Below, one piece after another: positions 26,189 through 37,899 of a DNA stretch of 64,000 bases. Within the stretch, counting starts at the first letter, position 1, and each line of letters begins with the position of its first letter. Under the pieces are notes generated by a model that ran no database searches, was not told the DNA's origin, and was given only the letters and a program-made list of their open reading frames with translations. A program made the translations under genes and the position numbers. This stretch comes from Amphiscolops sp. MND2022 (taxonomy: Eukaryota): NCBI GenBank assembly GCA_964187785.1, contig OZ076418.1, positions 58,528,001-58,592,000 on the forward strand, given 5' to 3'.

Positions 26189-26655
26189 TTAGATTAAATA
26201 TTGTCTTGTTGCTAAGTCTCTTTGGACGTTTGGTATAGAAAGGACGTGGTGAAATAATTCTAGAGTATCATAGTTTTTTGAAGCAAAGTTGTTGAAAGCG
26301 TTTATAGCTGGAAAGACATATGGTATTTCATGAGGATCTAGAACTAATTTATCTGAAAAATATCCATTTATTACTGAATGAGGATTTGGTAGTCCTGTAT
26401 GCATATTGAAACCAATGGTATATGTAACAAAGAGTTCGGAATATTGTATTGCATAAAGGGGTTCTCGTTTACCACAAAAAGTTTCGGCATGCTGAAATAT
26501 TTCGAAACGCGAAAGACCAGGGTTATGTGGGTTTTGTGCATGTGGAGCGCGGACATATGGGAAGCGAGTTCCTTTAATGCCTGATGTTGTAGCAGATGTG
26601 TTAGGTAATGAAGAGTGTACAAAACCTTCATTAGTTACAAAAGACGCCATTAGTT
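26189..26655 (-). pseudogene. env: Internal fragment of an env-like glycoprotein
   Basis: GIKGTRFPYV...FEIFQHAETFCGKREPLYAIQYSELFVTY; homologous to 49.8-50.1 kb; the listed ATG is probably not the true start. Confidence 0.6.
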
Positions 26656-26656
26656 A

Positions 26657-26940
26657 GTACAAAACATATAGCGGAGAAAAAGTTGTTCTGCAAACTGGAA
26701 TGCTCACAAGCCTACCACTGCCTCCAAATGGCAGACCAAAGGTCAGTAGAACTCCTTGCATCCAATTTTGCTACTAGAACATTTGCCTACCATATGCTTG
26801 CTTAAGGAATTAGCAGGGCCTTGTCAGCATTTTCAAGCATCGTGCGGGAATACCTCGACACAGTCATCAAAGCAGATCAGTGCGCCCAAAATGTGGATGA
26901 TATTGGCATAGCCGCCAACACAACGGAACAACTCATCAAA
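26657..26940 (+). pseudogene. pol: RT core fragment (family B)
   Basis: KKLFCKLECSQAYHCLQMAD...LA*GISRALSAFSS...CAQNVDDIGIAAN. Confidence 0.9.
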
Positions 26941-27450
26941 TTTTTGCACCAGTTGCCTTTGGATCACGCGCATTTTCCCCGTCACAGTTGAAAAGGACTA
27001 TATACTGCAAAAAATTCCTTGCAGTTTATCACGCATTCCTAGAATACAGCCACATTCTATGGGAAACGACACTACCGACCTTACATTACAGTGCATAGGC
27101 TAGCTATTTTGCTGCTTGTCGTGGAATACGGGAGGCGAAAATTGCGCTGTTTGTCCGTGGAGTGTTTGTCCGTGGAATCCGGGACTTTTGACGTAATTTG
27201 CCAATTTTGCACGTTGAAAGGTCTGGTCGTGGAATCCGAGGTATTGAAAGCACAAAGGTGCGCTTTGAGCAAATCAAGCTTGCCTATTCACTCTAATGTA
27301 GTACTAACGGACAACAGATCAGTGACAAGATTGTTCCAAACAAAGACCACACCACCCACTCTCTGCAATGCTTGCGACTACGTACTACAATTCAAGTTCC
27401 GCATCATGCACGTAGATGGATCTTAAAACACGGCCGCCGATTTCCTGACC
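26941..27450 (+). pseudogene. pol: RNase H (family B), interrupted by a MITE
   Basis: APVAFGSRAFSPSQLK...FLAVYHAFLEYSHILWETTLPTL|VLTDNRSVTRLFQTK; frame restored when the MITE is removed. Confidence 0.88.
27084..27298. mobile_element. 215-bp MITE, TA target duplication
   Basis: ~22-bp TIR CATTACAGTGCATAGGCTAGCT / AGCTTGCCTATTCACTCTAATG, flanked by TA...TA. Confidence 0.9.
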
Positions 27451-27779
27451 AGACTAGAATTAACACCAAAAGAAAAACAACGGGCAATCGACGAAAAAGA
27501 ACGACAATACCTATCTACAAAAGTGACGGAAACACTCCGCTTGCCACTCAACACAGCAGTTTATGCAATCGGAGCCATCAAAGAAAATGCGCGAATTGGC
27601 AACGAACAGGAGGCGTGCCCGATTTTGAAGGCCCTCAAACTACGTCTTCTACACGAGGAATATGATAAACATCTCCTAAAAACCGAACCTCGGGGCAGAA
27701 TCTTTTACGTCATGAAGAACGAATAGTAGTCAAAGACGGAGTTCTCATGCGTAAATAGTACGGAGAAGACGGCACAGAC

Positions 27780-29335
27780 ACACATAACCAAATACTCATA
27801 CCGGAACATATAGTAACAGAACTCCTATCAACCCTACACGGTAAAATGAACCAACACCCAGGAATAACAAATATGATCCAGGAAAGCCGAACAGAATACT
27901 ACTACCCGGGACTAGCGCGGAAGATTAGAGTTACAGTAATCAACTGCCCCGACTGCATAGCCAACAAACGCATCGACACCCGACAGATACGACCAAAAAT
28001 GCTAAGCAGCACATATATCACATTCAGACCGGGAGCTGTTTAGATGTTGATATCCTGCCAAATCTACCCTCATCAAACGGCTACAAACAAATCATAACAA
28101 GGATGGACGTTTTCTCCCGATACCTCTTCGCATACCCCACACAAGCCATGACAGTCAGGACAGTCGGCCGGTGCATAGTTGACGTAATGACTCGTCATTG
28201 TTATCTACCTACAGTGATTCCCACTGATAAAGGATCGCAATTCCGCTCAGATGTCGTAAACCAAAAAGCAAAGACACTCGACATTCGAATCAGCCACGCG
28301 TTTACGAAACACGCTCAAACCATAGGGATACTCAAAAGAACACGTGCATCGTTACAAACTTCCCTGAAAAATTCAACGGGAGAGCGCCGCTCAATGTGGC
28401 ATAAATACGTACAAATTGCAGTCATGAACTACAACACAAGCTATCATGAAAACTTAGGCTGCGAACCGACAACAGTGTTTCACGGACGAAAACTGTACAA
28501 CATTCTCGACATCAATCTGGGACTCAAAACAGAATGGAAAAAAAAGATGCCAAGGAAGACTTAACGGACGAAGTGTAGAAGCAAATAACTTCAATCCATC
28601 AGACAACCAAGGACAACTTTATGCAATCCTACTTGAAAGACAAGCGATACTATGAACGTCAATGACTATTGCTACGTCCTGATGCCGAAGGTTGATAACC
28701 AGTCAACAAAATTCGATTTCAAAGATTGCATTAGGACAGGACCATACTTTGTGGTCAAAGTCCTTTCTAACAACAACTACGTGGTAAAACGAACGGGAAC
28801 AAGATACACGCAAACCCTCCACAGAATTTGCCTAAGGCTATTTGCGCCCGAGCAACGAGTGCCTGACGTAACAGTCAAAATGGAAGATCAGCTTCCAGAT
28901 CCTGAGGTTTAAACAACCCACGAGGATTGGTACGGGCAAGCTGGGGAAACTGAATTCGGAGAAATTCTGTTCGGAAACACATCGGAAAAAGAAAATGAAG
29001 AAGCCACGATCACGGAAGTGCCAATTGATCACGGAACTGCAACGGAAAACGAAGCAGCTGTAACAACTGTCCAAGAAACTCCAGTCGAGGATAAAACATT
29101 CTCCGGAGATATTACGTCATTCAACTAGGACGTCAGTGATAACCCTTACATAATGACTCCACTGCCTTTGGACAGCCCGCCAATACCGCCTACTCTACCG
29201 CATATAGTGTTTGGATATAACCCCAGGAAAACAGGAAGATACAAAAGACGCCCTAACCCTAGACCTAACGCACACCCAGATTTCCGGATGCTTGACGCTG
29301 TTACTACGGACGAAGCACCTCAAATTCACGAATGA
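27780..29335 (+). pseudogene. pol: Integrase (family B)
   Basis: HGKMNQHPG...CPDC zinc finger; MDVFSRYLFAYP, TDKGSQF; GPYFVVKV (GPY/F); stops and frameshifts. Confidence 0.92.
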
Positions 29336-29389
29336 ATGAAAACAATCAGTTGACCAAACCGACCCCGAATGGTAACGTTAAATTCTGTA

Positions 29390-32300
29390 CTAAAATACAA
29401 CAACGACAAAGGGACAATAACAGTGCCCTAAAATACCAAACTCGCAGAGTCGGAATAATGTCAACAAAACAACATCAGTTACCAGAAGATCTATCAGGTT
29501 TATGATAAACCTCCGGAGCCGAATTATTCTCCGTAGACTTCTTCTTATTGCCTTATTGCCAGTTTTGGACGACCCGCCTTTAGCGCTTGACCATCCACCT
29601 CTCTTTAGACCACTCGTCGCAGCCTTTTTTGGCTTCGTCGCAATACCCCCAGCACTCTCGCTGCGACTAGTGCCAGCTCGTTGGTTGATCTGAGTCTGTT
29701 TATTACCCCGATTACACTCAACATATACTTCTTCAACAGGTTTACGTCGTTGAAACAAAAATTTTGTGAGTGAAGCCCTCACACCAGACACAAATGATGC
29801 AAACCCGGAACTACACCAGTCTTATAAAACACGCTTGCAACCTCGAGAGCATCACGCATAGCATCCAATGTTAATTCGGTGGAAAGCAGCTTAGAGCATA
29901 GCCTGGACTCAACACATAGGACTGAACCATCCGGACACAATCATCTACAGCTTTTCGATCCAATGAACTACCAGCAAGCTCCAAGAAAACGGAAGGATGG
30001 CGACTTTGGGCAAAACTTACGATCAAACAACACAATTTGAATACCCGAAGGACATGATGCGGTGACTGGAAAGATTAATTGCACAACAAATAGGTAACAA
30101 CATCAGAAAATTAACTTGCTGATCGGTCACTCCCGGCATACTGACGGCGTTTCTTCACTACATAACTGTAAAACTCGTCAACAGCAGTACTAGAAGACCC
30201 CAAAGGCAGCGCTCCGCAATCAACTAGTATCTTGCAGAGACCAGCAAACAGAACAAATATACCGTAAGTGTCTCCATCCAATAGAGTTCCGGGACCGAAA
30301 CAGTAGAGGCCACGAGAAGCTCCCGAAGCAAGCAATTTCCTGAATCAGCTCACCGAAGATTTTGCGACATATAACGCGGAATTCATGTACTTCGCTCGTC
30401 TTTCCGCTCAGCAATTCCTGGCCCAAATCGTAGTTAACGAGGAATACATCGGACGTTATAGCAGGGAAACTAGCAGCCTCATCCATGCTCATGTATCCAT
30501 CCCACTCATGAATGCCAGAGAGTCCGTGTGTTGAAGGGGTTTTTAACAGCAAGCAACACACGAAATTACAGATCTCCCCGTAACAACAGAACTCGTAGTC
30601 ATCAAATTGAACGAAGAACTTCACGAATTTGTTAAGAACTGAAATACACGAGATATCATACAAACGAGACAGCCCCGAAAATAAAGCACAAGCAAATCTA
30701 AAGCGGACACAACACGGAAACCAATACAATTAACAATTTCACTCAGAAGCAGTCAAGCTCAAGCAAAAAGACAACGAACAATCTTTGATACAATCCGTAA
30801 ACGCCAAACAAACCTCAAAAAACAAAAAAGGTAAAAAGAAAACTGAAAAATCAACTCTTACATGTGTTGAGCACCAGAAGTAGGAGCCCAAACTTGTAAA
30901 TAATTATGCCATCTGCAATGATGCTCCAATTTGCCCCAATGATGCTCTAACAACAACAAGAATGCCTTCAGAGAAAAAAAGAGACTCGCCATCTGACCAA
31001 AGATAAAACACTAACGCTGTCGACCCTCTCTTTAACACGTGGCAACCCTGTATAGCGTTTGAAGGGACGAACGTTTGCTCACAGCCCAACTATATTGTCC
31101 ACGACTCGGTGCAAAACTTCAACTGGAACGGAACCTTGTCGAATACTGCGGCGCAACACTATCTTCCCCTCAGTCCACGTCTCATGGAGGGCACTGCGCA
31201 TTCGCAACACGATGTATTCCACAACTGCCACGATCTCCAGCATCCCAAAAGTATTCTGGTGGGCTCGACGAAAGCACTCCAAGAACACCTCACTGATGAA
31301 ACGCTCGTGCGTCACGAAATGTTTACAATCGGAACGTGCATAAATGAGCACACGAACCAAAGTTGGGCTAGCGCTCCGGATACACAACGGAAACTGCGGG
31401 GGATCCAAACAATAAATCACACGAGAGAGCGGAACCATTTCAGCATCAGGCAATGATTGATCAAGCTACTAAACACTGACACACAATTTCTTCAGCAGCT
31501 GGACCTCCCACAAGACCACAAAGCAGAACTCGGCGTCGCCATCCTTCTCAAATTGTATCGAATACTCCTAGAACTTGACACTCCCATTCAGAAACAAACG
31601 GATAACTCGCGGAACAAGGCCCTGATACACGAAGGACTGAAACACAACCAACATCGAAACCACAACTCTCACAATGGAATTAAACACCCCCAGACTAGAG
31701 CGCTGCATACGGTTGATACCCCACTAAAAAACCCTAAAAACCCAACGTATTCTTATGCCCATACACCCGAATAATACTCACCAGAGTCTCGGATCGACTC
31801 TACTGCATTGAATACTCGAGTTTCCGATCACCCAACGAAGCACAGAAATGAGCAGCCTCATCCATGCTCATGTATCCATCCCACTCATGAATGCCAGAGT
31901 GTCCGTGTGTTGAACGGGTTTTTAACAGCAAGCAATACACGAAATTACAGATCTCCCCGTAACAACAGAAATCGTAGTCATCAAATTGAACAAAGAACTT
32001 CACGAATTTGTTAAGAACTGAAATACACGAGATATCATACAAACGAGACAGCCCCGAAAATAAAGCACAAGCAAATCTAAAGCGGACACAACACAGAAAC
32101 CAATACAATTAACAATTTCACTCAGAAGCAGTCAAGTTCAAGCAAAAAGACAACGAAAAAACTTTGATAAAATCTGTACACGCCAAACAAACCTCAAAAA
32201 ACAAAAAAGGTAAAAAGAGAAATGAAAAATCAACTCTTACATGTGTTGAGCACCAATCGTAGGAGCCCAAACTTGTAAAGAATTATGCCATTTGCAATGA

Positions 32301-34651
32301 TGCTCCAATTTGCCCCAATGTTGCTCTAACAACAACAAGAATACCTTTAGAGAAAAAAAAGAGACTCGCCATCTGACCAAAGATAAAACACTAACGCTGT
32401 CGACCCGCTCTTTAACACGTGGAAACCCTGTATAGCGTTTGAAGGGACGAACGTTTGCTCACAGCCCAACTATATTGTCCACGACTCGGTGCAAAACTTC
32501 AACTGGAACGGAACCTTGTCGAATACTGCGGCGCAACACTATCTTCCCCTCAGTCCACGTCTCATGGAGGGCACTGCGCATTCGCAACACAATGTATTCC
32601 ACAACTGCCACGATCTCCAGCATCCCAAAAGTATTCTGGTGGGCCCGACGAAAGCACTCCAAGAACACCTCACTGGTGAAACGCTCGTGCGTCACGAAAT
32701 GTTTACAATCGGAACGTGCATAAATGAGCACACGAACCAAAGTTGGGCTAGCGCTCCGGATACACAACGGAAACTGCGGGGGATCCAAACAATAAATCAC
32801 ACGAGAGAGCGGAACCATTTCAGCATCAGGCAATGATTGATCAAGCTACTAAACACTGACACACAATTTCTTCAGCAGCTGGACCTCCCACAAGACCACA
32901 AAGCAGAACTCGGCGTCGCCATCCTTCTCAAATTGTATCGAATACTCCTAGAACTTGACACTCCCATTCAGAAACAAACGGATAACTCGCGGAACAAGGC
33001 CCTGATACACGAAAGACTGAAACACAACCAACATCGAAACCACAACTGTCACAATGGAATAAAACACTCCCAGACTAGAGCAATGCATACGGTTGATACC
33101 CCACTAAAAAACCCTAAAAACCCAACGTATTCTTATGCCCATACACCCGAATAATACTCACCAGAGTCTCGGATCGACTCCACTGCATTGAATACTCGAG
33201 TTTCCGATCACCCAACGAAGCACAGAAATGACCCCACATGCGACGCAGCAAAGTGAGATCGCCACCACTCCGGAGCAGGTCACAGAAACAAGACACGAGG
33301 GTCATGAAAGGAACTCTACACTTCACTTGGGAATGTTTGGGGAATAAATCTTCAAGGAGTCTGCCAAATCCAACAGGACGAGCTCGATACTCTGCCTCCT
33401 GACTCTCTTGGAGCTCCATTGGCTCAAACAAACACGGGCAACCCCATATGAACGCGATAGGTTACGTCGCGATACCAGTGTCCATCAGAAGTGCCGTATG
33501 AATTCCCCAGAACCGTGTGCCTCCAAAGCCACATCACTTTACCGAAAAAAATTGGTCCCCAAACCATGCTTAGGTCCAGCAACAAACGACGGAAACTCGG
33601 GATGCAATCCCAGCATTCTTTTGTGAAAAACATTACGACTGCTGTACTTCCGGGTCCTTCTCTTCCCTAAGCGATCGTCCACCTTCCGAGCTAACTCGCT
33701 GAATCCTATAACAACGAAAGTAACACTTACAAAACGGCAGAACAACGGATCATCCAAAACTAACTTCAACAGAAAAATATAACGAAAAAAAGGTAAAATT
33801 AACAACTCGCCACTCTGAATTGTCCTCGAATTGCGGGTATCACATTCCTCCACTATATACCGGCTCCACTCTAATAGATAACCTGGACTCATTGTCATCG
33901 TCATCAACCCGATACGTTTGGAATCGAAACCAGCAGACAAACCATAATCAAAGCCCAAAGGTGGCTCGGGTGGGATCACTTTTTGTTTTTTTCGGGGAGT
34001 TTTAAAATGCACCACCATCTTTCGACCAGCCATTGATGGCGAAGCTAAAACATAGAAGCAGCCGTATAGCTCACGAAGAAAGATTCCACAGAAAAACTCC
34101 TACATACAAATACACCATGAGGAAAAGAAATATAGCCTTCCACCCCAAAAATAGTGACGTACTGACCTGTTTTTTGATCGGGTGCATCAGTCTCACCTCC
34201 TTAGGACTCGCTATCAGAAGTGGGAATAGCTTGAGACTCAGTGATCTTTTGAGATACATCAGCTCTAACAACAATGTCAACACCACCCGGAACGTCTTCG
34301 GGAGTATCAACCTCAACCTCCACAGTCTGAGACAGCACAGAAACCAAATCATCATTTACAGAACAACTATCTGTGGGAGGCAAGCTTGAAGAAATGACAA
34401 AAAGAGGGACCAACTCCAGGAACTGCGGAGGGAATGTCAGGTTGAGTTACTGAAAATCAAGATCTGGTTTGACGCGTCAGAGTTACGGGTAGGTCTATAA
34501 AGACTGAACTGCAAAAATAAATAGTCCAACTACCCATGGAAAGCAGAAAGATTTTACCAACCCAGGGCAGAAGGAACAGCCACCGCGTCCGAGAGAACAT
34601 CGTCACCGTAATAATCGAAGTTGGTCTCATGCCCACTGAAGGAGCCCGCAC
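29390..34651 (-). other. Cluster of candidate antisense ORF remnants in the family B 3' region
   Basis: Minus-strand ORFs of 94-169 aa, some joinable by single frameshifts; no recognised family. Confidence 0.35.
30472..33231. repeat. Tandem duplication, ~1379-bp unit x2
   Basis: AGCAGCCTCATCCATGCTC at 30472 and 31851; ends CACAGAAATG at 31850 and 33230. Confidence 0.95.
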
Positions 34652-34949
34652 GAGGAACGGTAGAGGATTATCCAGTCCGTTCGTCTTCGATAAGAGAACA
34701 AAATCTTCAAAAGCAATCTAAATAGAAAGAAAACAATCAGAGAAATAAAAGGACAACAACGAGAATACCCCATAAAATAAAAACAGGAGAAAAGCCAGTA
34801 GAGCCTAATTACGATCAGAGAAAGGAAATTACATTATTCATTTTTCACTTAGTCCTAAAAAGTCATTGATGGAAGCATATCGCTCTCAGGACTTCCAAAG
34901 TGAATCAAAGTAGGTGGAAACTCTAAAAAGTAAAAAAAAGCCATCTTAT

Positions 34950-35170
34950 AACTTATGACGTCATGCGGAACACTCTCGGAAAGAAATTGATGGCGCCATG
35001 ATGAAGTTTAGAAGTTGCCCTTCTCGGTTCAGCCAATCACAGCGCAGATGGAAGCAAAACGCTTTCCAAAGGAAAGACGGACCGGAACGAAGGAAGTAAG
35101 ACAACCAATAGAATTACAGGAAAATCACGAACAGAAGAAAGTTGACCTCTTCATTTGCCGTACAATAAAC
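34950..35170 (+). promoter_or_regulatory. Candidate internal Pol II promoter upstream of the 3' ORF
   Basis: TGACGTCA at 34956; CCAAT at 35033 and 35105. Confidence 0.4.
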
Positions 35171-35233
35171 GTAAAAAGCAGTTCGATTAAAACAACGTCA
35201 TCAAAACTTCAAACAAGAATCAACAGAAGCAGA

Positions 35234-35897
35234 ATGGACAATTATGCCCTTGCTATTGATATCTTCTCAGACGAAGAGAATAATAGATACAGCACTCCAA
35301 TCAAAACGCTACCTGTAAATATGGTGGGGAGGCTCAACCTCAGTTATTCCTCCGTAGAAGTGTGGCGAGGTAGCGAGACAGACCTCGAATCGACACAAGA
35401 ACCGGTTTCTACGTTCGACTCAGACCAGGAAGGGGTTTTCATCGTCGAAAACCGGGAAGTGATTCTGATGAATCTTTTGAATAGCCGGATTCGTCCCGGG
35501 AAATGCCTGAGCTGACTCGTGCCCCTGTACTTAAAGACATCACAAACACGAAAAAGTAAGAATACCCCCTGCCAAAATAGAAAAACTGAAAGACCTAGCG
35601 AACGTTCTATCGAAGAAATTGAAGAGACCCACGGACTTCAACTGGACGACCAATACTACTGCACAGCTGAGCGTGGAAATTCATTTACATCAGCAAGGAT
35701 TCAGAGAGCACATGAACAGCCCGTACGTGTCATTCGAGAAATCCCTCACTGCTCTGGTGGAGTATCTGCTTTCAGAGCCAGAGGTGCCCTGCCACGACCC
35801 GCTCTCGGTCGGTGTTCTACTTGCCACGAAGGAATACATAAAATCGCCTCTGGACTTGGTCATGGAGTCTTCAAAACGTAAAAACAACTTACCTTGA
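35234..35897 (+). pseudogene. Family B 3' accessory ORF (~220 aa reconstructed) running into U3
   Basis: MDNYALAIDIFSDEE...(fs)...EMPELTRAPVLKDITN(fs)RIPPAKIEKLKDLANVLSKKLKRPTDF...EKSLTALVEYLLSEPEVP|CHDPLSVG...SSKRKNNLP*; second copy at 41763-42426. Confidence 0.55.
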
Positions 35898-36305
35898 TCT
35901 CTTAAACTGTAGCACGACAAAATATCAAGGTTAAAAGGTTCTGAATGTCGGAAACGAAATGCTAAATATTTGAAAGTGATTTTTGAACAAAACAATACTT
36001 CCGGTTCAATGTTTTCACATGCAACCATTTTTCTCTACTTCCGGTTTCTTCTTCTGAAATTTCCATACTAATATAAAAAACAAAACGAGAACATTTCTTA
36101 ACATTAGGATCTTTTATCTTCGCCACCCAAAAATGAAACATCAAAAACATTCAACTTCGCAATCCTAACAGGATCCATACGATCTAAAACGGAAAGAACA
36201 TAAAAAGTAATATAGGAGTAACAAAATAAAGTAAAGTAATCTATTCAACTGACGTCACTAAGAATGACTTATTGCTCCGCTCTAGCTCCTCAGCTAGCAA
36301 GCTTT

Positions 36306-36438
36306 CTATACCTAATCTTAATACGTAGGGAGCATTTACGGAGCATTTACGGAGTGAATAGTAAAATGACGAGGCTATACCCAATCCTAATACGTAGGGA
36401 GCATTTACGGAGCGTTTACGGAGTGAATTGTAAAATGA
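36306..36438 (+). repeat. 69-bp direct repeat x2 in the family B LTR (enhancer-like)
   Basis: CTATACC.AATC.TAATACGTAGGGAGCATTTACGGAGC.TTTACGGAGTGAAT.GTAAAATGA. Confidence 0.8.
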
Positions 36439-37314
36439 TGAAAATGAAATCTATTCAAAATGAAATGGAATAATAACCATCTTTTCAAATAAAGGTCACA
36501 CCATACCGACTACTTCATGTCTCATTTGAAATAACTTAAATAGTCGTGCTGCTGGTTAAGACAAGGGAATGTTTAAACAAGCGCATTGTGATTGTATTTG
36601 AAAGATGCACCTTTTACCTTTGGAAAGGTATTTTGTATCTTGTTATTTTATTACGTTGTGATAATTGTTGAGGTAGTTGATCTAATCATTATGGTCTTGA
36701 GCATGTAAAGTTGATCCAGAATAGAACTGTATTATGATACATGCAAATTCAGTTGCAATTAGTATTGATCATCTTCCAGCATCGGTTGTTCTTTTCCATG
36801 GCTCAATTATTCTTGTACATTTATCTAAAATCATCCGTAATATCTCCGCAGCCGTCTTTCTGCTTGTCATTCTTTTGCCGCGAAAAAGTGCTTTTCACTA
36901 ATCTTGAGCTGAAGCATTGTTCACTCCGGCGTGTTTTCTTTGATAGAAACTCAACAATACATTTATTTTGCCGCCTTTTCCGCGATCAACCCGGATATGA
37001 AATTGTTGAACAAAACTGATTTCAACAAGTGCTCCGTAAGGGAGACATTACTCGGAATTTCAAACAATGAACAATCAATTGAAGGGCTGAAATAATAGAG
37101 ATGATTAAGCATTTTCAGAGAACAAAACCGATTTTAGGGATTTCTAGGAATTTTTAGGTGAGGAACAAATGATGCTGAGAAGGTATATATACCAAAACGT
37201 TTAAAATGAAGCAATCAATAATCTTTCTGTCACGATAATACTCCGCCTGTGAAAACTAAACTTTTCTTTGAAGAATTCGAAAATTCCAAAGAACTATCTT
37301 TCTCTCTTCTCAGA

Positions 37315-37667
37315 ATGACTACTAGAAGCCAGAAATGAAAAGCCGTAGAAAAACTAGTCTCTACCGAGAAAATAGATATCCCGTAGTGGAAACGAACACG
37401 TCTCCTAAAGTACAAACTGAAAATCTTACTGAGGAAATGAAATCCACTCTCAGAAAAGAGATCTTAGAAATCTTAGCTAAAAACCAAAAAAAATGTTGAA
37501 ACTAATTGCCGCATTGATTAAAAACAAACTGCATTAATTGTCCCGAGACAAACGAGACTAATTCCGAATACGAAAACGTCCCACGACAGCAACTTCAACA
37601 CCTATCAAAACTGAAACTACAGCGACTACACATAAAATTCTCTACACTCCGGTGAAAAGTCGTAACA
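37315..37667 (+). pseudogene. gag: Gag N-terminus encoded within the LTR
   Basis: MTTRSQK*KAVEKLVSTEK...SPKVQTEN...; homologous to 52703-53084(-); second copy at 43721-44083. Confidence 0.75.
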
Positions 37668-37899
37668 GGACGACAAACGGACCACCGGTCCTTTGAAACT
37701 GCGAAACTACGAAATTTTTTATTCATTATTTTTTACTTGTTGAATTTATTGGTCGATTGATGGAAATGTAAACTAAATGTCGTGCAAACAAGTAAAATTC
37801 GCTGAAAATGGAATAGCTTCTGCACAATGCATAAATAAAACTAAACTAGCAAGGTGAAAGGAAACGCGTTCATATTGTCTACCGCACTAGTCAGCTTGG

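Larger units (their letters stand above)
19065..26655 (-). mobile_element. 3' half of a family A element (env fragment, accessory ORFs, 3' UTR, truncated LTR at 19065-19120)
   Basis: Collinear with 44.3-50.1 kb and 1-2.9 kb; LTR stub TGTATAACTTGAAAAACTC starts at 19120(-). Confidence 0.8.
26657..37667 (+). mobile_element. 5'-truncated family B Gypsy element (RT, RNase H, integrase, long 3' region, 3' LTR)
   Basis: Domains in Gypsy order, ending in the LTR at 35790-37667. Confidence 0.85.
35790..37667 (+). repeat. Family B LTR (1878 bp)
   Basis: TGCCACGAC...GTCGTAACA; homology to 52703-54756 starts and stops at these termini. Confidence 0.85.

Noticed and set aside
26189-26650. 153-aa ORF as a standalone gene (ORF0) starting MASF
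   Set aside because: The homolog at 50.0-50.15 kb continues upstream in env-like sequence; the ATG arises from a frameshift or truncation.
27091-27426. 111-aa ORF MHRLAILL (and 59866-60096)
   Set aside because: Chance frame through the MITE, fused to RNase H.
34990-35000. TGGCGCC as a PBS marking an LTR end
   Set aside because: LTR termini map to 35790 and 37667 by homology, and no gag follows.
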